A DNA stretch of 64,000 bases from an uncultured Actinomycetota bacterium (GCA_963850325.1 CAWKLB010000006.1:91136-155135), one strand, 5' to 3'. Counted from the first letter of the stretch, positions 1 to 9,746 are shown. A program made the numbers and translations. The notes: a model not told the origin generated them from the sequence alone.

Positions 1-169
1 GCCCCGCCTCGCCGTCCGGCCCCCCAAAGCGGTAGGGCTTGTCGACCGCGACCGCCGGCAGGCGGCGCCGCTTGGCCGCCAGCGCGTCAGCGGCCCGTGT
101 GGCCCGCTTCTCCTCGGCCCGGATGTCCTCCAGCGCCCGTTCCCATTCCGTCTCGGAGACGACGTTCAT
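1..169 (-). CDS. DUF899-family (thioredoxin-like) protein, N-terminal part; runs off the window edge
   Basis: AGGAGAG RBS then ATG at 169; translation MNVVSETEWERALEDIRAEEKRATRAADALAAKRRRLPAVAVDKPYRF matches the DUF899 N-terminal pattern. Confidence 0.75.
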   Translation of the reverse strand, partial: MNVVSETEWERALEDIRAEEKRATRAADALAAKRRRLPAVAVDKPYRFGGPDGEAG

Positions 170-220
170 CGCGCTCTCCTTCTCATCGTGTAGTCCCTTG
201 GTTGGAGTACAGTACCATCT

Positions 221-237
221 AGTTGGAAAAACCAACT
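221..237. promoter_or_regulatory. Palindromic operator AGTTGG-N5-CCAACT in the divergent DUF899/HxlR intergenic region
   Basis: Perfect 6-bp inverted repeat ending 2 nt before the HxlR ATG (240). Confidence 0.55.
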
Positions 238-239
238 CC

Positions 240-992
240 ATGACTGAGACAAAGCGGACATACGGAGACTCATGCGGGATCGCCCGCGCGCTTGACATCG
301 TCGGCGAGCGCTGGGCGCTGCTCGTCGTCCGGGAGCTCCTTCACGGGCCCAAGCGGTTCACCGACCTCCGGGCCGGTCTGCCCCGCGTCGGGCCTGACAT
401 GCTCGCCGCGCGTCTGCGCGAGCTCGAGCAGGCGGGCGTCGTCCGCCGCGGCACGCTCCCGCCTCCGGCGGCATCGAAGATCTACGAGCTGACCGAATGG
501 GGCGCCGAGCTCGCGCCGGTGCTCGTGGCGCTCGGGCGCTGGGGCAGCCGAGTCCCGCTGCCCGATCAGCCGCCGCCGCTCGGCATCGACGCGGCGGTGG
601 TCGCCCTGGAGACCACGTTCGACCCCGATGCGGCCGGCGGGGTCGACGCGGCGTATGAGCTCACCCTGGGCGAGCAGATCTTCACGCTCGAGGTGGCCGC
701 CGGACGCCTCGAGGTCACCCGCGGTCGCGCCCCGGCGGGAGTGACGCCGGCCGCGTCGATCGAGACGGACACGGTCACGCTCGCCGCCGTCCTCTGGCAC
801 GGAGATCCGATTCAGCGCGCGGTCAGCGACGGTGCGCTCCGGGTGCGGGGCGACACTGAGGCGGCCGCGCGGCTCGCCGGATGGTTCGCGCCGCCCGTGC
901 CCGTGCCCGCGGGCGGAGGCGGTCGGCCCGGAGGCGCTCAGCCCGGAGGCGACGGGGCTGCGGGCGAGACCGGCGCCCAGACGCTCCACTGA
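240..992 (+). CDS. HxlR-family winged-helix regulator with C-terminal SCP2-like domain
   Basis: YGDSCGIARALDIVGERWALLVVRELLHGPKRFTDL; likely start ATG 240, not 39. Confidence 0.88.
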   Translation: MTETKRTYGDSCGIARALDIVGERWALLVVRELLHGPKRFTDLRAGLPRVGPDMLAARLRELEQAGVVRRGTLPPPAASKIYELTEWGAELAPVLVALGRWGSRVPLPDQPPPLGIDAAVVALETTFDPDAAGGVDAAYELTLGEQIFTLEVAAGRLEVTRGRAPAGVTPAASIETDTVTLAAVLWHGDPIQRAVSDGALRVRGDTEAAARLAGWFAPPVPVPAGGGGRPGGAQPGGDGAAGETGAQTLH

Positions 993-1020
993 CACCGAGT
1001 TCACAGCCCCTCACCGCGGG

Positions 1021-1060
1021 CCGCACGGGCGCGTGGCGCGCCGCACGGGCGCGTGGCGGG
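1021..1060. repeat. Tandem 20-bp repeat x2 (CCGCACGGGCGCGTGGCG-CG/GG)
   Basis: Read directly between convergent stops at 992 and 1064. Confidence 0.8.
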
Positions 1061-1063
1061 CTC

Positions 1064-2320
1064 TCAGAGCTCGGCGGCCCGCCGGCTGAGCAGGCGCCGT
1101 TCGGACTCGTTCTGGGTCAGCTCGACCGCGCGCTCGAGCTCCGCGCGGGCCTCGTCGACCCGCCCCAGCCGCGCCAGCAGATCCGCCCGCACGGTGGGCA
1201 GTAGGTGGTAGTCGCTGAGCGTGGCGTCGTCGACGAGGGCGTCGACGAGCTCGAGCGCCGCCTCGGGCCCGTACGCCATCGAGACCGCCACCGCCCGGTT
1301 GAGCTCCACCACCGGCGACGGGGTGAGCTGGGCGAGCGCGTCGTAGAGGGCGACGATCCGCCCCCAGTCGGTCTGGTCGGCCCTCCAGGCCCGGGCATGG
1401 CACGCGGCGATGGCGGCCTGGAGCGTGTATGGGCCCAGCATCCCGAGCTGCTCGGCCCGGGCCAGCGCTCTCAGCCCGCGCCCGATGAGGACGCGGTCCC
1501 AGCGCGAGCGGTCCTGGTCGAGCAGGAGCACGGGCTCGCCGCCGGGCCCCACACGCGCGCCGGAGCGCGACGCCTGGATCTCCATCAGGGCGACCAGGCC
1601 GTGAACCTCGGCCTCCGTCGGCAGGAGCTCGGCCAGGATGCGTCCCACGCGCAGAGCGTCCTCACACAGGGCCGGACGCATCCAGTCGTCGCCTGCAGTG
1701 GCGGCGTAGCCCTCGTTGAAGATGAGGTAGATCACCTCCAGCACCGAGGCCAGCCGGGGTCCCAGCTCGGCGCCGGTCGGCACATCGAGCGGGACGCGCG
1801 CCTCGGCCAGCGTGCGCTTGGCCCGCACGACCCGCTGAGCGACCGTCGCCTCAGGGACGAGGAAGGCGCGCGCGATCTCCGGCGTGCTGAGACCGCCGAA
1901 CAGACGCAGCGTCAGGGCCGCCCGGGCCTGCGCCGAGAGCATCGGGTGGCACGTCGCGAAGAGCAGGCTGAGCATGTCGTCGCCGATGTCGTCGTCGGCG
2001 GCCGCCGCCAGGTCGAGCTCGCTGGTGGAGTGCTCGCGTTCCTCCCGGCGGCCCAGCTCGTCGTGGCGGCGCTCGGCCATCTGCCGGCGGCGCAGCTGGT
2101 CGATCGCGCGGTGCTTGGCGGTAGCCATCAGCCAGGCTCCCGGGTTGTCCGGGATGCCTGACTGCGGCCACTGCTCGAGCGCTGCCACGAGCGCATCCTG
2201 CGCGAGGTCCTCGGCCCACCCGATGTCATGGACGATGCGGGCCAGGGCGCCGATCACCCGCGCCGACTCGATCCGCCACACCGCATCGATGGCGCGGCGG
2301 GTGTCAGCGCGGACCGCCAT
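1064..2320 (-). CDS. ECF sigma-70 factor with long C-terminal (TPR-like) extension, ECF42-type
   Basis: AEDLAQDALVAALEQWPQSGIPDNPGAWL; LFATCHP; YLIFNEGY; SPVVELNRAVA; adjacent to a YciI/DGPF gene. Confidence 0.9.
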   Translation of the reverse strand: MAVRADTRRAIDAVWRIESARVIGALARIVHDIGWAEDLAQDALVAALEQWPQSGIPDNPGAWLMATAKHRAIDQLRRRQMAERRHDELGRREEREHSTSELDLAAAADDDIGDDMLSLLFATCHPMLSAQARAALTLRLFGGLSTPEIARAFLVPEATVAQRVVRAKRTLAEARVPLDVPTGAELGPRLASVLEVIYLIFNEGYAATAGDDWMRPALCEDALRVGRILAELLPTEAEVHGLVALMEIQASRSGARVGPGGEPVLLLDQDRSRWDRVLIGRGLRALARAEQLGMLGPYTLQAAIAACHARAWRADQTDWGRIVALYDALAQLTPSPVVELNRAVAVSMAYGPEAALELVDALVDDATLSDYHLLPTVRADLLARLGRVDEARAELERAVELTQNESERRLLSRRAAEL

Positions 2321-2326
2321 CGTCCC

Positions 2327-2686
2327 TCATGCGGCGTCGTCGAAGTCAGACATCTCATACACCTGCCGGACCTCGATGATGTCGCCCTCGTTGGCGGGGC
2401 AGCGGCTGGCCCACTCCACCGCCTCCTCCTTGGACCTCGCCTGGATGAGCCAGTAGCCGCCGATCAGCTCCTTGGCCTCGGTGAACGGCCCGTCGGTGAC
2501 CGACGGCTTGCCGCCGGCAAAGGAGACGCGGGCACCCTTGGCGGTGGGCGCCAGGCCGTCGAGGGTGAGCAGCACGCCGGCCTTGGTCAGCTCGTCGTTG
2601 AACTTGGACATCGTCGCGATCTCCTCGGCGTTCGGTGCCCAGTTCTCCTCGGAAACGTTGGGGATCATGATCATCATGAAGCGCAT
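2327..2686 (-). CDS. YciI/DGPF-family protein
   Basis: VTDGPFTEAKELIGGYWLIQ...IEVRQV. Confidence 0.92.
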   Translation of the reverse strand: MRFMMIMIPNVSEENWAPNAEEIATMSKFNDELTKAGVLLTLDGLAPTAKGARVSFAGGKPSVTDGPFTEAKELIGGYWLIQARSKEEAVEWASRCPANEGDIIEVRQVYEMSDFDDAA

Positions 2687-2774
2687 CGATCGGGCTCCTT
2701 CGTAGAACGGGTGGTTGTCGTCAGACCGCGGCGCCCACCGTAATGGACCTCCACCAACGGCCTGTTAACGCGAC

Positions 2775-2801
2775 GACGATCGAGCGTTCTCCATTTCGAC
2801 A
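2775..2801 (-). promoter_or_regulatory. Putative ECF42-type promoter (TGTCGA-N17-CGTC) for the yciI-sigma operon
   Basis: Minus strand reads TGTCGA aatggagaacgctcgat CGTC, matching the recalled ECF42 consensus. Confidence 0.55.
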
Positions 2802-2827
2802 CGAGAGCGAACTAATCTCTTCGACGG

Positions 2828-3286
2828 ATGGCATACACGACCGCTGAAGGCCGAGAGCAGGTGCTGAGTGATCTCGCGGTCGCCATCGAGCAGATCGCCG
2901 ACGCGCTGGCGTGCCTGGGGGAGGCGTATGAGCAGCTCGACGACCAGCACGCCGACGTCCTGGAGGAGCAGCTGTTCCGCCCGGTCCAGTCGGCCTACGG
3001 CCGCGCCCAGCGCACCTACACCGAGTTCGCCAGCCGCTCCCAGCTGCACGCCCGCACGTTCAGCCCCCACTCGCCCGGGGCGCAGTCCCAGAGCGTGCGT
3101 GAGCTGATCGAGCGCGCCGGAGACGCCGCTTACGACGCCGACCAGTCGATCGCGGAGCTGCAGGACTCGATGCTCCCGGTCGAGGTGGGCGACCCGGAGC
3201 TGCGCGCCGGGCTCTCCCAGGTCCGCGAGACGCTGTCGGCGGTGCCGGCACGGGCCCGCGGCCTCGTGCGCACCGTCGGCCGGTAG
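2828..3286 (+). CDS. Hypothetical helical protein
   Basis: 152-aa ORF with GC3-rich codon usage; no family recognised. Confidence 0.75.
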   Translation: MAYTTAEGREQVLSDLAVAIEQIADALACLGEAYEQLDDQHADVLEEQLFRPVQSAYGRAQRTYTEFASRSQLHARTFSPHSPGAQSQSVRELIERAGDAAYDADQSIAELQDSMLPVEVGDPELRAGLSQVRETLSAVPARARGLVRTVGR

Positions 3287-3346
3287 CGGCGCGCCCGCTA
3301 GGCCGGTAGCAGCGCGTGCCGGCGGCCGGTAGCGGCGCGCCCACCT
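3278..3346. repeat. Three imperfect 23-bp tandem units beginning GGCCGGTAGC
   Basis: GGCCGGTAGC at 3278, 3301 and 3324; the first unit contains the upstream stop codon. Confidence 0.75.
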
Positions 3347-3371
3347 ACCCGAAGTAGTAGGTTGCCCGCCC

Positions 3372-5606
3372 ATGAGGAGGAGGACGTGGCTGTTCGCCCT
3401 TGCGGTCGCGCTCGTCGCGGGCCTGGTGTCCGCGGCGGCTGCGCAGGCCAAGGGCGGCGCCGTGGTGGCCCACGGCAGCGTGCAGCAGATCTACGCGGTC
3501 GGCCTCAGGCCCCACGCGACGGTGTCGCTCCTGGACCAGCGGGGCCACGCGGTGACCACCCAGAAGGCCGACTCGCTGGGCGGGATCGTCTTCCGCAGCC
3601 TCGCTCCCGGCAAGGGGTATCGCCTGCGCGCGGGCGCCAAGAAGTCGGCCGCGGTCACCGTGATGCCCGACCGCTCGGCCCCGCCCAGCACCAAGGTCTA
3701 TGACCAGAAGCTGCCCGACGGCGGCTACGGCTACCTGCGCACGCGCGACGGGACGAGCCTGGCCATCGACGTGCGCCTGCCCGGGGGTGGGCGGGGTCCG
3801 GTAGACGGCCCGTACCCGACGCTGGTCGAGTACGCGGGCTACGGCTACGCCGACCCTGCCGGTGCGGAGAGCGGGATCAGCGCCGTCGCCAACCTCCTGG
3901 GGTTCGCAGTCGTCGACGTCAACATGCGCGGGACCGGATGCTCGGGCGGCTCCTTCAACTACTTCGAGCCCCTCCAGGGCCTCGACGGCTACGACACCAT
4001 CGAGGCGGTCGCCCGCCAGCCGTGGGTGCTCGGCCACCGCGTGGGGATGCTGGGCATCTCCTACGGCGGAATCAGCCAGCTCTTCGTCGGCGCCACCGAC
4101 CCGCCGCACCTGGCCGCGATCACGCCGCTGTCGGTCGTCGACAGCACCGCCACCACGCTGTATCCGGGCGGCATCCTCAACACCGGCTTTACGCTGGGCT
4201 GGGCCAGGGAGCGCGACCATGACGCGCTGCCGGCCTCGCGGACGGGCGGGGAGCAGTGGGCGTTCAAACGGATCCAGCAGGGCGATGAGACGTGCAAGGC
4301 CAATCAGGCCCTGCACGGGGAGGCGGTCAACCAGGTGAAGCTGGCCCGCGCCAACCATTACTTCGTGCCCTCGGTGGCCAACCCGCTGGCGCCGGTGACG
4401 TTCGTGCACAAGGTCCACGTCCCGGTCTACCTCGCCTGCCAGTTCACCGACGAGCAGACGGGCGGCCACTGCGCCGACCTCGCCCAGGACTTCAGGGGCA
4501 CCGCGCGCAAGTGGTTCACGTTCACCAACGGCGCGCACATCGACTCGCTCGATCCCCAGACATTCAACCGCTGGTATGACTTCCTCGAGCTTTACGTGGC
4601 CCATCGCCGGCCCGAGCTGCCGGACACCACCAAGGCGCTCGCGCCCACCGTCTTCGCCACGGCGATGGGCATCAACGACGTCACGCTGCCCTCCGACCCG
4701 ATCCAGGCGCAGCCCTCCTACGCCGCCGCCCTGTCGGCCTTCCAGGCGCTCAAGCCGATCCGCGTCATGTTCGACAACGGAGCCGGCAGCACGACTCCGG
4801 GCGCCCCCTACCCGGGGTTCGAGCAGTCGTTCTCGCGGTTCCCGATTCCGGGCACGCAGGCGCGCTCGTGGTACCTGGGCACCGGCGGGGTGCTCAGCGC
4901 CGGCCGGGCTACATCGGCCTCCAGCGACGCGTTCACCTGGAAGCCTAAGGCGCGCTCGGCCACGAGCTACAGCGGCAACGACGGGCCGGGCGGCCTGTGG
5001 AGCGCGACGCCGGATTACCACTGGCAGGTCAACCCGGCCGGGACCGCCGCGTCCTACGTCAGCGCGCCGCTGACCGCCAACACTGTCGTGATCGGCGGCG
5101 GCGCGGTCCAGCTGTGGATCAAGGCCTCGGCGCCCAGCGTCGACCTCCAGGCGACGATCTCCGAAGTCCGTCCCGACGGCAAGGAGACGTTCGTGCAGGA
5201 CGGCTGGGTTCGGGCGTCAGAGCGCAAGCTCGATGCCGCCCAGAGCACCCTGCTTGAGCCGGTGTTAAGCCTGCGCAAGGCCGACGCGGCGCCGCTGCCG
5301 TCCGGTCGCTTCACCGAGGTCACCGTGCCCCTCTACTACGAGGGCCACGCCTACCGCAAGGGCTCGCGGATCCGCGTCACGATCGCCGCGCCCGGCGGCG
5401 ACCAGGCGGTCTGGTCCTTCTCCGGCCTGCTCCCGCACGGGACGGCCAAGGTGTTCATCGCCCACTCCGCGAAGTTCCCGTCGCGGCTGGTGCTGCCCGT
5501 GGTCGGAGGGGTGAGCGTGCCGACCGCGCTTCCGCCGTGCCCGGGACTGCGCGGCGAGCCGTGCCGGGCCTACCAGCCCTACGTCAACCACGCCGCGGGG
5601 CTCTAG
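3372..5606 (+). CDS. Secreted CocE/NonD-family (S15-like) serine hydrolase
   Basis: Signal peptide (…AAAAQA); GISYGG nucleophile elbow; VDVNMRGTGCSGG; C-terminal jelly-roll-like region. Confidence 0.85.
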   Translation: MRRRTWLFALAVALVAGLVSAAAAQAKGGAVVAHGSVQQIYAVGLRPHATVSLLDQRGHAVTTQKADSLGGIVFRSLAPGKGYRLRAGAKKSAAVTVMPDRSAPPSTKVYDQKLPDGGYGYLRTRDGTSLAIDVRLPGGGRGPVDGPYPTLVEYAGYGYADPAGAESGISAVANLLGFAVVDVNMRGTGCSGGSFNYFEPLQGLDGYDTIEAVARQPWVLGHRVGMLGISYGGISQLFVGATDPPHLAAITPLSVVDSTATTLYPGGILNTGFTLGWARERDHDALPASRTGGEQWAFKRIQQGDETCKANQALHGEAVNQVKLARANHYFVPSVANPLAPVTFVHKVHVPVYLACQFTDEQTGGHCADLAQDFRGTARKWFTFTNGAHIDSLDPQTFNRWYDFLELYVAHRRPELPDTTKALAPTVFATAMGINDVTLPSDPIQAQPSYAAALSAFQALKPIRVMFDNGAGSTTPGAPYPGFEQSFSRFPIPGTQARSWYLGTGGVLSAGRATSASSDAFTWKPKARSATSYSGNDGPGGLWSATPDYHWQVNPAGTAASYVSAPLTANTVVIGGGAVQLWIKASAPSVDLQATISEVRPDGKETFVQDGWVRASERKLDAAQSTLLEPVLSLRKADAAPLPSGRFTEVTVPLYYEGHAYRKGSRIRVTIAAPGGDQAVWSFSGLLPHGTAKVFIAHSAKFPSRLVLPVVGGVSVPTALPPCPGLRGEPCRAYQPYVNHAAGL

Positions 5607-5653
5607 CCGGCTACGACCCCGCCGGCATCGCATCGCGGGACGCAACCGGACCG

Positions 5654-5683
5654 TTAGGTCCACCTAAAGTCATTCTTAGGTGG
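5654..5683. promoter_or_regulatory. Nested inverted repeats TTAGGT-CC-ACCTAA and CCACCTAA-N8-TTAGGTGG upstream of the desaturase
   Basis: Read directly; AT-rich dyad in GC-rich context. Confidence 0.55.
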
Positions 5684-5719
5684 TGCGCCCCCGAAGCGGG
5701 TAGCATCGGCCGCGACCCC

Positions 5720-6736
5720 ATGGGCCCCGACACCCCGACAGCGGTTGCCGCGCCCTCGACCCCTGATGCCTCGCGCATCTCCGCTCGAGCCCCCGATGTA
5801 ACGACCGGCGAACCGGCCGGTGAGGTGCGCGCGGTCAAGATGCCGCTGGTGGACCGCGTGGCCAGCGCCGTGGTCACCGGTGCGCCGCCGATCCTCGTGC
5901 TGCTGGGGATGTGGCTGGGGTGGAGCCACGGCCTGCTTGTTTGGCAGGACCTGCTCGTGCTGGCGATCTTCTACATGGTCATCGGATCGGGCATCACCGT
6001 TGGATTCCACCGTCTGCTGACCCACCGCAGCTTCAAGTGCAGCCGCGCGACGCGGGCGTTCTTCGCCGCGCTCGGATCCGCCGCGGCTGAGGGCCCAGTG
6101 ATCGACTGGGTGGCGACCCACCGCAAGCATCACCAGTTCTCCGACGAGCAGGGCGACCCGCACAGCCCCCATCTGGACCACCGCGACGGATGGCGCGGTC
6201 AGCTCTGGGGTCTCGTCCACGCCCACATCGGCTGGGTGTTCTCCGACATGGAGGTCGCCGACGAGACGCGCTACGCCAAGGATCTGCTCGCCGACCCGTG
6301 GATCCGCTTCGTGGATCGCACATTCGTGCTGTGGGTCGCGGCGGGGCTGGCCGCCGCCTTCGGTCTCGGGGTCGCCCTCACCGGCACGGTCACCGGCGGG
6401 CTCACCGCCCTGCTGTGGGGCGGCGCGGCGCGCATCTTCTTCATGCACCACGCCACGTTCAGCATCAACTCCGTCTGCCATTACTTCGGCCGCGCCGACT
6501 ACAACACCGGGGATGAGTCCAAGAACGTGTTCTGGCTGGCCATCCCCACATGGGGCGAGGCGTGGCACAACAACCACCACGCGTTCCCCACCTCCTACCG
6601 CCACGGGCTGCAACGCTGGCAGCTTGACCCCTCGGCGGCGATCATCCGCATGCTCGAGATGACGGGTCTGGCCTGGGACGTCGTCCGGGTCGACCCGGCC
6701 CGGCGCGACCGCAAGCTCGCCGTTCAGCAGGGCTGA
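5720..6736 (+). CDS. Acyl-CoA/fatty acid desaturase (Delta9-like, membrane diiron)
   Basis: His boxes HRLLTH, HRKHH and HNNHH; likely start ATG 5720. Confidence 0.92.
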   Translation: MGPDTPTAVAAPSTPDASRISARAPDVTTGEPAGEVRAVKMPLVDRVASAVVTGAPPILVLLGMWLGWSHGLLVWQDLLVLAIFYMVIGSGITVGFHRLLTHRSFKCSRATRAFFAALGSAAAEGPVIDWVATHRKHHQFSDEQGDPHSPHLDHRDGWRGQLWGLVHAHIGWVFSDMEVADETRYAKDLLADPWIRFVDRTFVLWVAAGLAAAFGLGVALTGTVTGGLTALLWGGAARIFFMHHATFSINSVCHYFGRADYNTGDESKNVFWLAIPTWGEAWHNNHHAFPTSYRHGLQRWQLDPSAAIIRMLEMTGLAWDVVRVDPARRDRKLAVQQG

Positions 6737-6814
6737 GCGGGCGCGCGGGGCCCGGTTCGGGCCCCCGGTCAGGCACGCGGCGGCTCCTACGGCGTGTACT
6801 AGAGTCCCGCGGCC

Positions 6815-8035
6815 GTGCCGTTCGCCAACACCGCACCTCTGCGCCGCGAACTCGCGTCCGCGCTCCCGCAACGTCCCTTCGCCCTGCGCTTCTGGGACGG
6901 CACCGAGGTGCCGGCCACCGACCCCGACGCGCCCACCTTCAGCTTCCGCTCGCCCGAGGCGCTCGCCCACGTCATCCGCGCCCCCGGTGAGCTGGGGCTG
7001 GGCCGCGCCTATGTCCTGGGGCTGATCGAGACCGACGACATCGAGAAGTCGCTGCGCGTGGTGGACACGTTCGAGGCGCCGCGCATCCCGCCGGCCCAGA
7101 TGGCCCGGCTGGGTCTCGCGCTCGTCCGCGCCTGCGGCCTGGTCAAGCCACCGCGCCCGCCCGCCTCCGAGCTCCGGCTCACCGGGGAGCGCCACACGCT
7201 GGGACGCGACCGGCGCGCGATCGCCTACCACTACGACGCGGGCAACGCGTTCTTCGCGTTGTTCCTGGACGCCTCGATGACCTACAGCTGCGCCTACTTC
7301 AAGGGCGGCGCGCAGACCCTCGAGGAGGCCCAGCAGGCCAAGCTGGGGCTCGTCTGCACCAAGCTTGCCCTCCAGGAGGGCGAGCGGGTGCTCGACGTCG
7401 GCTGCGGATGGGGCAGCTTCGCCATCCACGCCGCCACGCACTACGGCGTCTCGGTGCTCGGCGTGACCCTGTCAGAGGAGCAGGTCAAGCTCGGGCGCGA
7501 GCGCGTCCGCGAAGCCGGGGTCGAGGACCGCGTCACGCTGCGCCTCGCCGATTACCGCGAATTAGATCCCCGCCCAGCCCAGCAATTCGACGCCATCTCC
7601 TCGATCGGGATGGTGGAGCACGTGGGGGAGGAGCGGATCGACCTCTACATGCACACGCTCAACGAGCTCCTGCGCCCCGGCGGCCGCCTCCTCAACCACG
7701 GCATCGCCAAGCTGATGGACTTCGAGACCACCGACGAGGGCGCGTTCTCCGAGCGCTTCGTCTTCCCCGACGGCGTGCCGCTCCCGCTCAGCCGCATCGC
7801 CCAGGCGATGGAACGCACCGGCCTAGTCGTGCGCCACGTCGAGGGCCTGCCCGAGGACTACGCCCGCACGCTCACCTACTGGATCGAGAGCTACGAGGCG
7901 CGTTATGACGAGGCCGTCCGCCTCGCCGGCGAGGAGCGCGCCCGCGTGTGGAAGCTCTACCTCCGCGCCGCGCGCGCCGGCTTCACCACCGGCTGGGCGT
8001 CGGTGTACCAGGTATTGGCCTCCAAGCGCCCGTGA
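6815..8035 (+). CDS. cfa: Cyclopropane-fatty-acyl-phospholipid synthase family methyltransferase
   Basis: IAYHYDAGNAFF, MTYSCAYF, VLDVGCGWGS, SIGMVEHVG. Confidence 0.9.
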   Translation: MPFANTAPLRRELASALPQRPFALRFWDGTEVPATDPDAPTFSFRSPEALAHVIRAPGELGLGRAYVLGLIETDDIEKSLRVVDTFEAPRIPPAQMARLGLALVRACGLVKPPRPPASELRLTGERHTLGRDRRAIAYHYDAGNAFFALFLDASMTYSCAYFKGGAQTLEEAQQAKLGLVCTKLALQEGERVLDVGCGWGSFAIHAATHYGVSVLGVTLSEEQVKLGRERVREAGVEDRVTLRLADYRELDPRPAQQFDAISSIGMVEHVGEERIDLYMHTLNELLRPGGRLLNHGIAKLMDFETTDEGAFSERFVFPDGVPLPLSRIAQAMERTGLVVRHVEGLPEDYARTLTYWIESYEARYDEAVRLAGEERARVWKLYLRAARAGFTTGWASVYQVLASKRP

Positions 8036-8074
8036 TGCGATGGCGGCAGCGCCCGCACCCCCGCGGCGAGAACT

Positions 8075-8240
8075 GTGGCCCTCCCCGCGAGTACGTTCGC
8101 ATTCGAGGCACGTCTGGCGGCGCCACGCTTTGTCCTCGGACCCTCGTGTAGCGCTGCTACACGTCGGGTCCTGCGTCCTCGCCTGGCATCCACCAGTCGT
8201 ACCTCTCGGTGCGAACGTACTCACCGGGAAGACCACTAGG
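8075..8240. repeat. Long imperfect palindromic intergenic element (REP/MITE-like)
   Basis: Perfect 13-bp IR GAGTACGTTCGCA (8089-8101)/TGCGAACGTACTC (8210-8222); central hairpin CGTGTAGC-GCT-GCTACACG (8145-8163). Confidence 0.75.
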
Positions 8241-8248
8241 ATCCCATC

Positions 8249-9079
8249 ATGACCACGATCGTGTGCCAGCAGGTCGCTCCCCGCATCGCCGACCTGCAGG
8301 CCAACCGGCGGCTGTCGCTCAGCGCCATCGCCGATGCGGTCGCGGCCGGCGCCGACGTCGTCGTGCTGCCGGAGCTCGTCACCTCGGGCTACATGTTCGA
8401 GTCCGCCGAGGAGGCGGCCTCGGTGGCGATCACCCCCGCGGACCCGCTGTTTGAGCAGTGGGCGGCGGAGGCCGGCTCGGCGGTGGTGATCGGCGGCTTC
8501 GCCGAGCGCGGCGAGGACGGGCTGACCTACAACAGCGCCGCCGTGCTCGACAGCTCGGGCGTGATCGGCGTGTACCGCAAGGGCCACCTGTGGGACCGCG
8601 AGAAGCTGTGGTTCGCGCCCGGCGGCGAGCCGCCCCGGGTGTTCGACACGCCGGCCGGGCGGATCGGCGTGCTCGTCTGTTATGACCTCGAGTTCCCCGA
8701 GATGCCGCGCACGCTGGCGCTGGCCGGCGCCGAGCTCATCTGCGTGCCCACCAACTGGCCCTACGTGGACCGGCCCGACGGGGAGCGCGCGCCCGAGGTG
8801 ACGATCGCCATGGCCGCCGCCCGGGTCAACCGCGTGGCCATCGCCTGCTGTGACCGGACCGGCACCGAGCGCGGCCAGCACTGGAATGCCGGCACGAGCA
8901 TCGTCGACGAGCAGGGCTGGGTCCTGGCCTCGCAGACCGGCGCCGGCCCGGCGAGCGCCACCGTGGACCTGACCCGCTCGCACGACAAGACCTACACCGA
9001 ACTGGCCGACCTGATGGCCGACCGGCGGCCCGAGCTCTATGGAGCCGTGGGCCAGCCGGTGGCGCGTCCTGTCGCTTAG
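8249..9079 (+). CDS. Nitrilase-related carbon-nitrogen hydrolase
   Basis: Catalytic E-K-C motifs LPEL, YRKGHL, VCYDLEFPE. Confidence 0.92.
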   Translation: MTTIVCQQVAPRIADLQANRRLSLSAIADAVAAGADVVVLPELVTSGYMFESAEEAASVAITPADPLFEQWAAEAGSAVVIGGFAERGEDGLTYNSAAVLDSSGVIGVYRKGHLWDREKLWFAPGGEPPRVFDTPAGRIGVLVCYDLEFPEMPRTLALAGAELICVPTNWPYVDRPDGERAPEVTIAMAAARVNRVAIACCDRTGTERGQHWNAGTSIVDEQGWVLASQTGAGPASATVDLTRSHDKTYTELADLMADRRPELYGAVGQPVARPVA

Positions 9080-9643
9080 CTAGTTGGAGGGTGCCGCGGC
9101 TTCGGCCTGCGGCTCGGCGACCGTCTCGGCCTCGGTCTCAGGAGCGGGCTCGGGAGCCGGGGCGCTCTCGGCGACGATGTGCGCGCCGATCGCCCCGATG
9201 ATGCCGAGCACCAGCGAGCGGACCGCCCACTTGGGGCCGTGCCACTTCGCGCCGATGGCGTCGTCGATCGACGGGCTGCCCGGGCCGGTCTCGGCCAGGG
9301 CGAGGGCGACCGCGATGAGGACGAGGTTGTACTCGTAGCCCTGGTCGGTCACCCACGGGCCGTTCTTGAGGTGGACGCGGTTGATCGCGGTGAGCATCGT
9401 CGCCGTCAGGACTGAGGCGGCGATGGGCGTCGCGGCGCCGGCGACCAGCAGTGCCCCACCGCCGGCTTCGGCGGCGCCGGCGGCGAGCGCATGGCGCTTG
9501 CCGGGACGCAACCCGATGCTCTCGAAGAACTGACCGGTCCCGTCGGGGCCGTAGCCCCCGAACCAGCCGAACAGCTTTTGCGTGCCGTGGCCAAAGAAGT
9601 AGCCACCCACGATGAGGCGGAGGATGAGGCGTCCGAATTTCAT
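9080..9643 (-). CDS. DoxX-family membrane protein
   Basis: LRLIVGGYFFGHGTQKLFGWFGG; GYEYNLVL. Confidence 0.9.
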   Translation of the reverse strand: MKFGRLILRLIVGGYFFGHGTQKLFGWFGGYGPDGTGQFFESIGLRPGKRHALAAGAAEAGGGALLVAGAATPIAASVLTATMLTAINRVHLKNGPWVTDQGYEYNLVLIAVALALAETGPGSPSIDDAIGAKWHGPKWAVRSLVLGIIGAIGAHIVAESAPAPEPAPETEAETVAEPQAEAAAPSN

Positions 9644-9746
9644 GCGCCGACCTTAGCAAACGGTTGCGGGCGCAACAACTGGACCTGTGCGGCCGCCTAG
9701 GAGTAGTGTGCGGCCTGACGCCCAGGATCGACTGAGGAGGAGAGGG

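Noticed and set aside
3278-3346. Mini CRISPR array
   Set aside because: The units abut with no unique spacers, and there are no cas genes in the window
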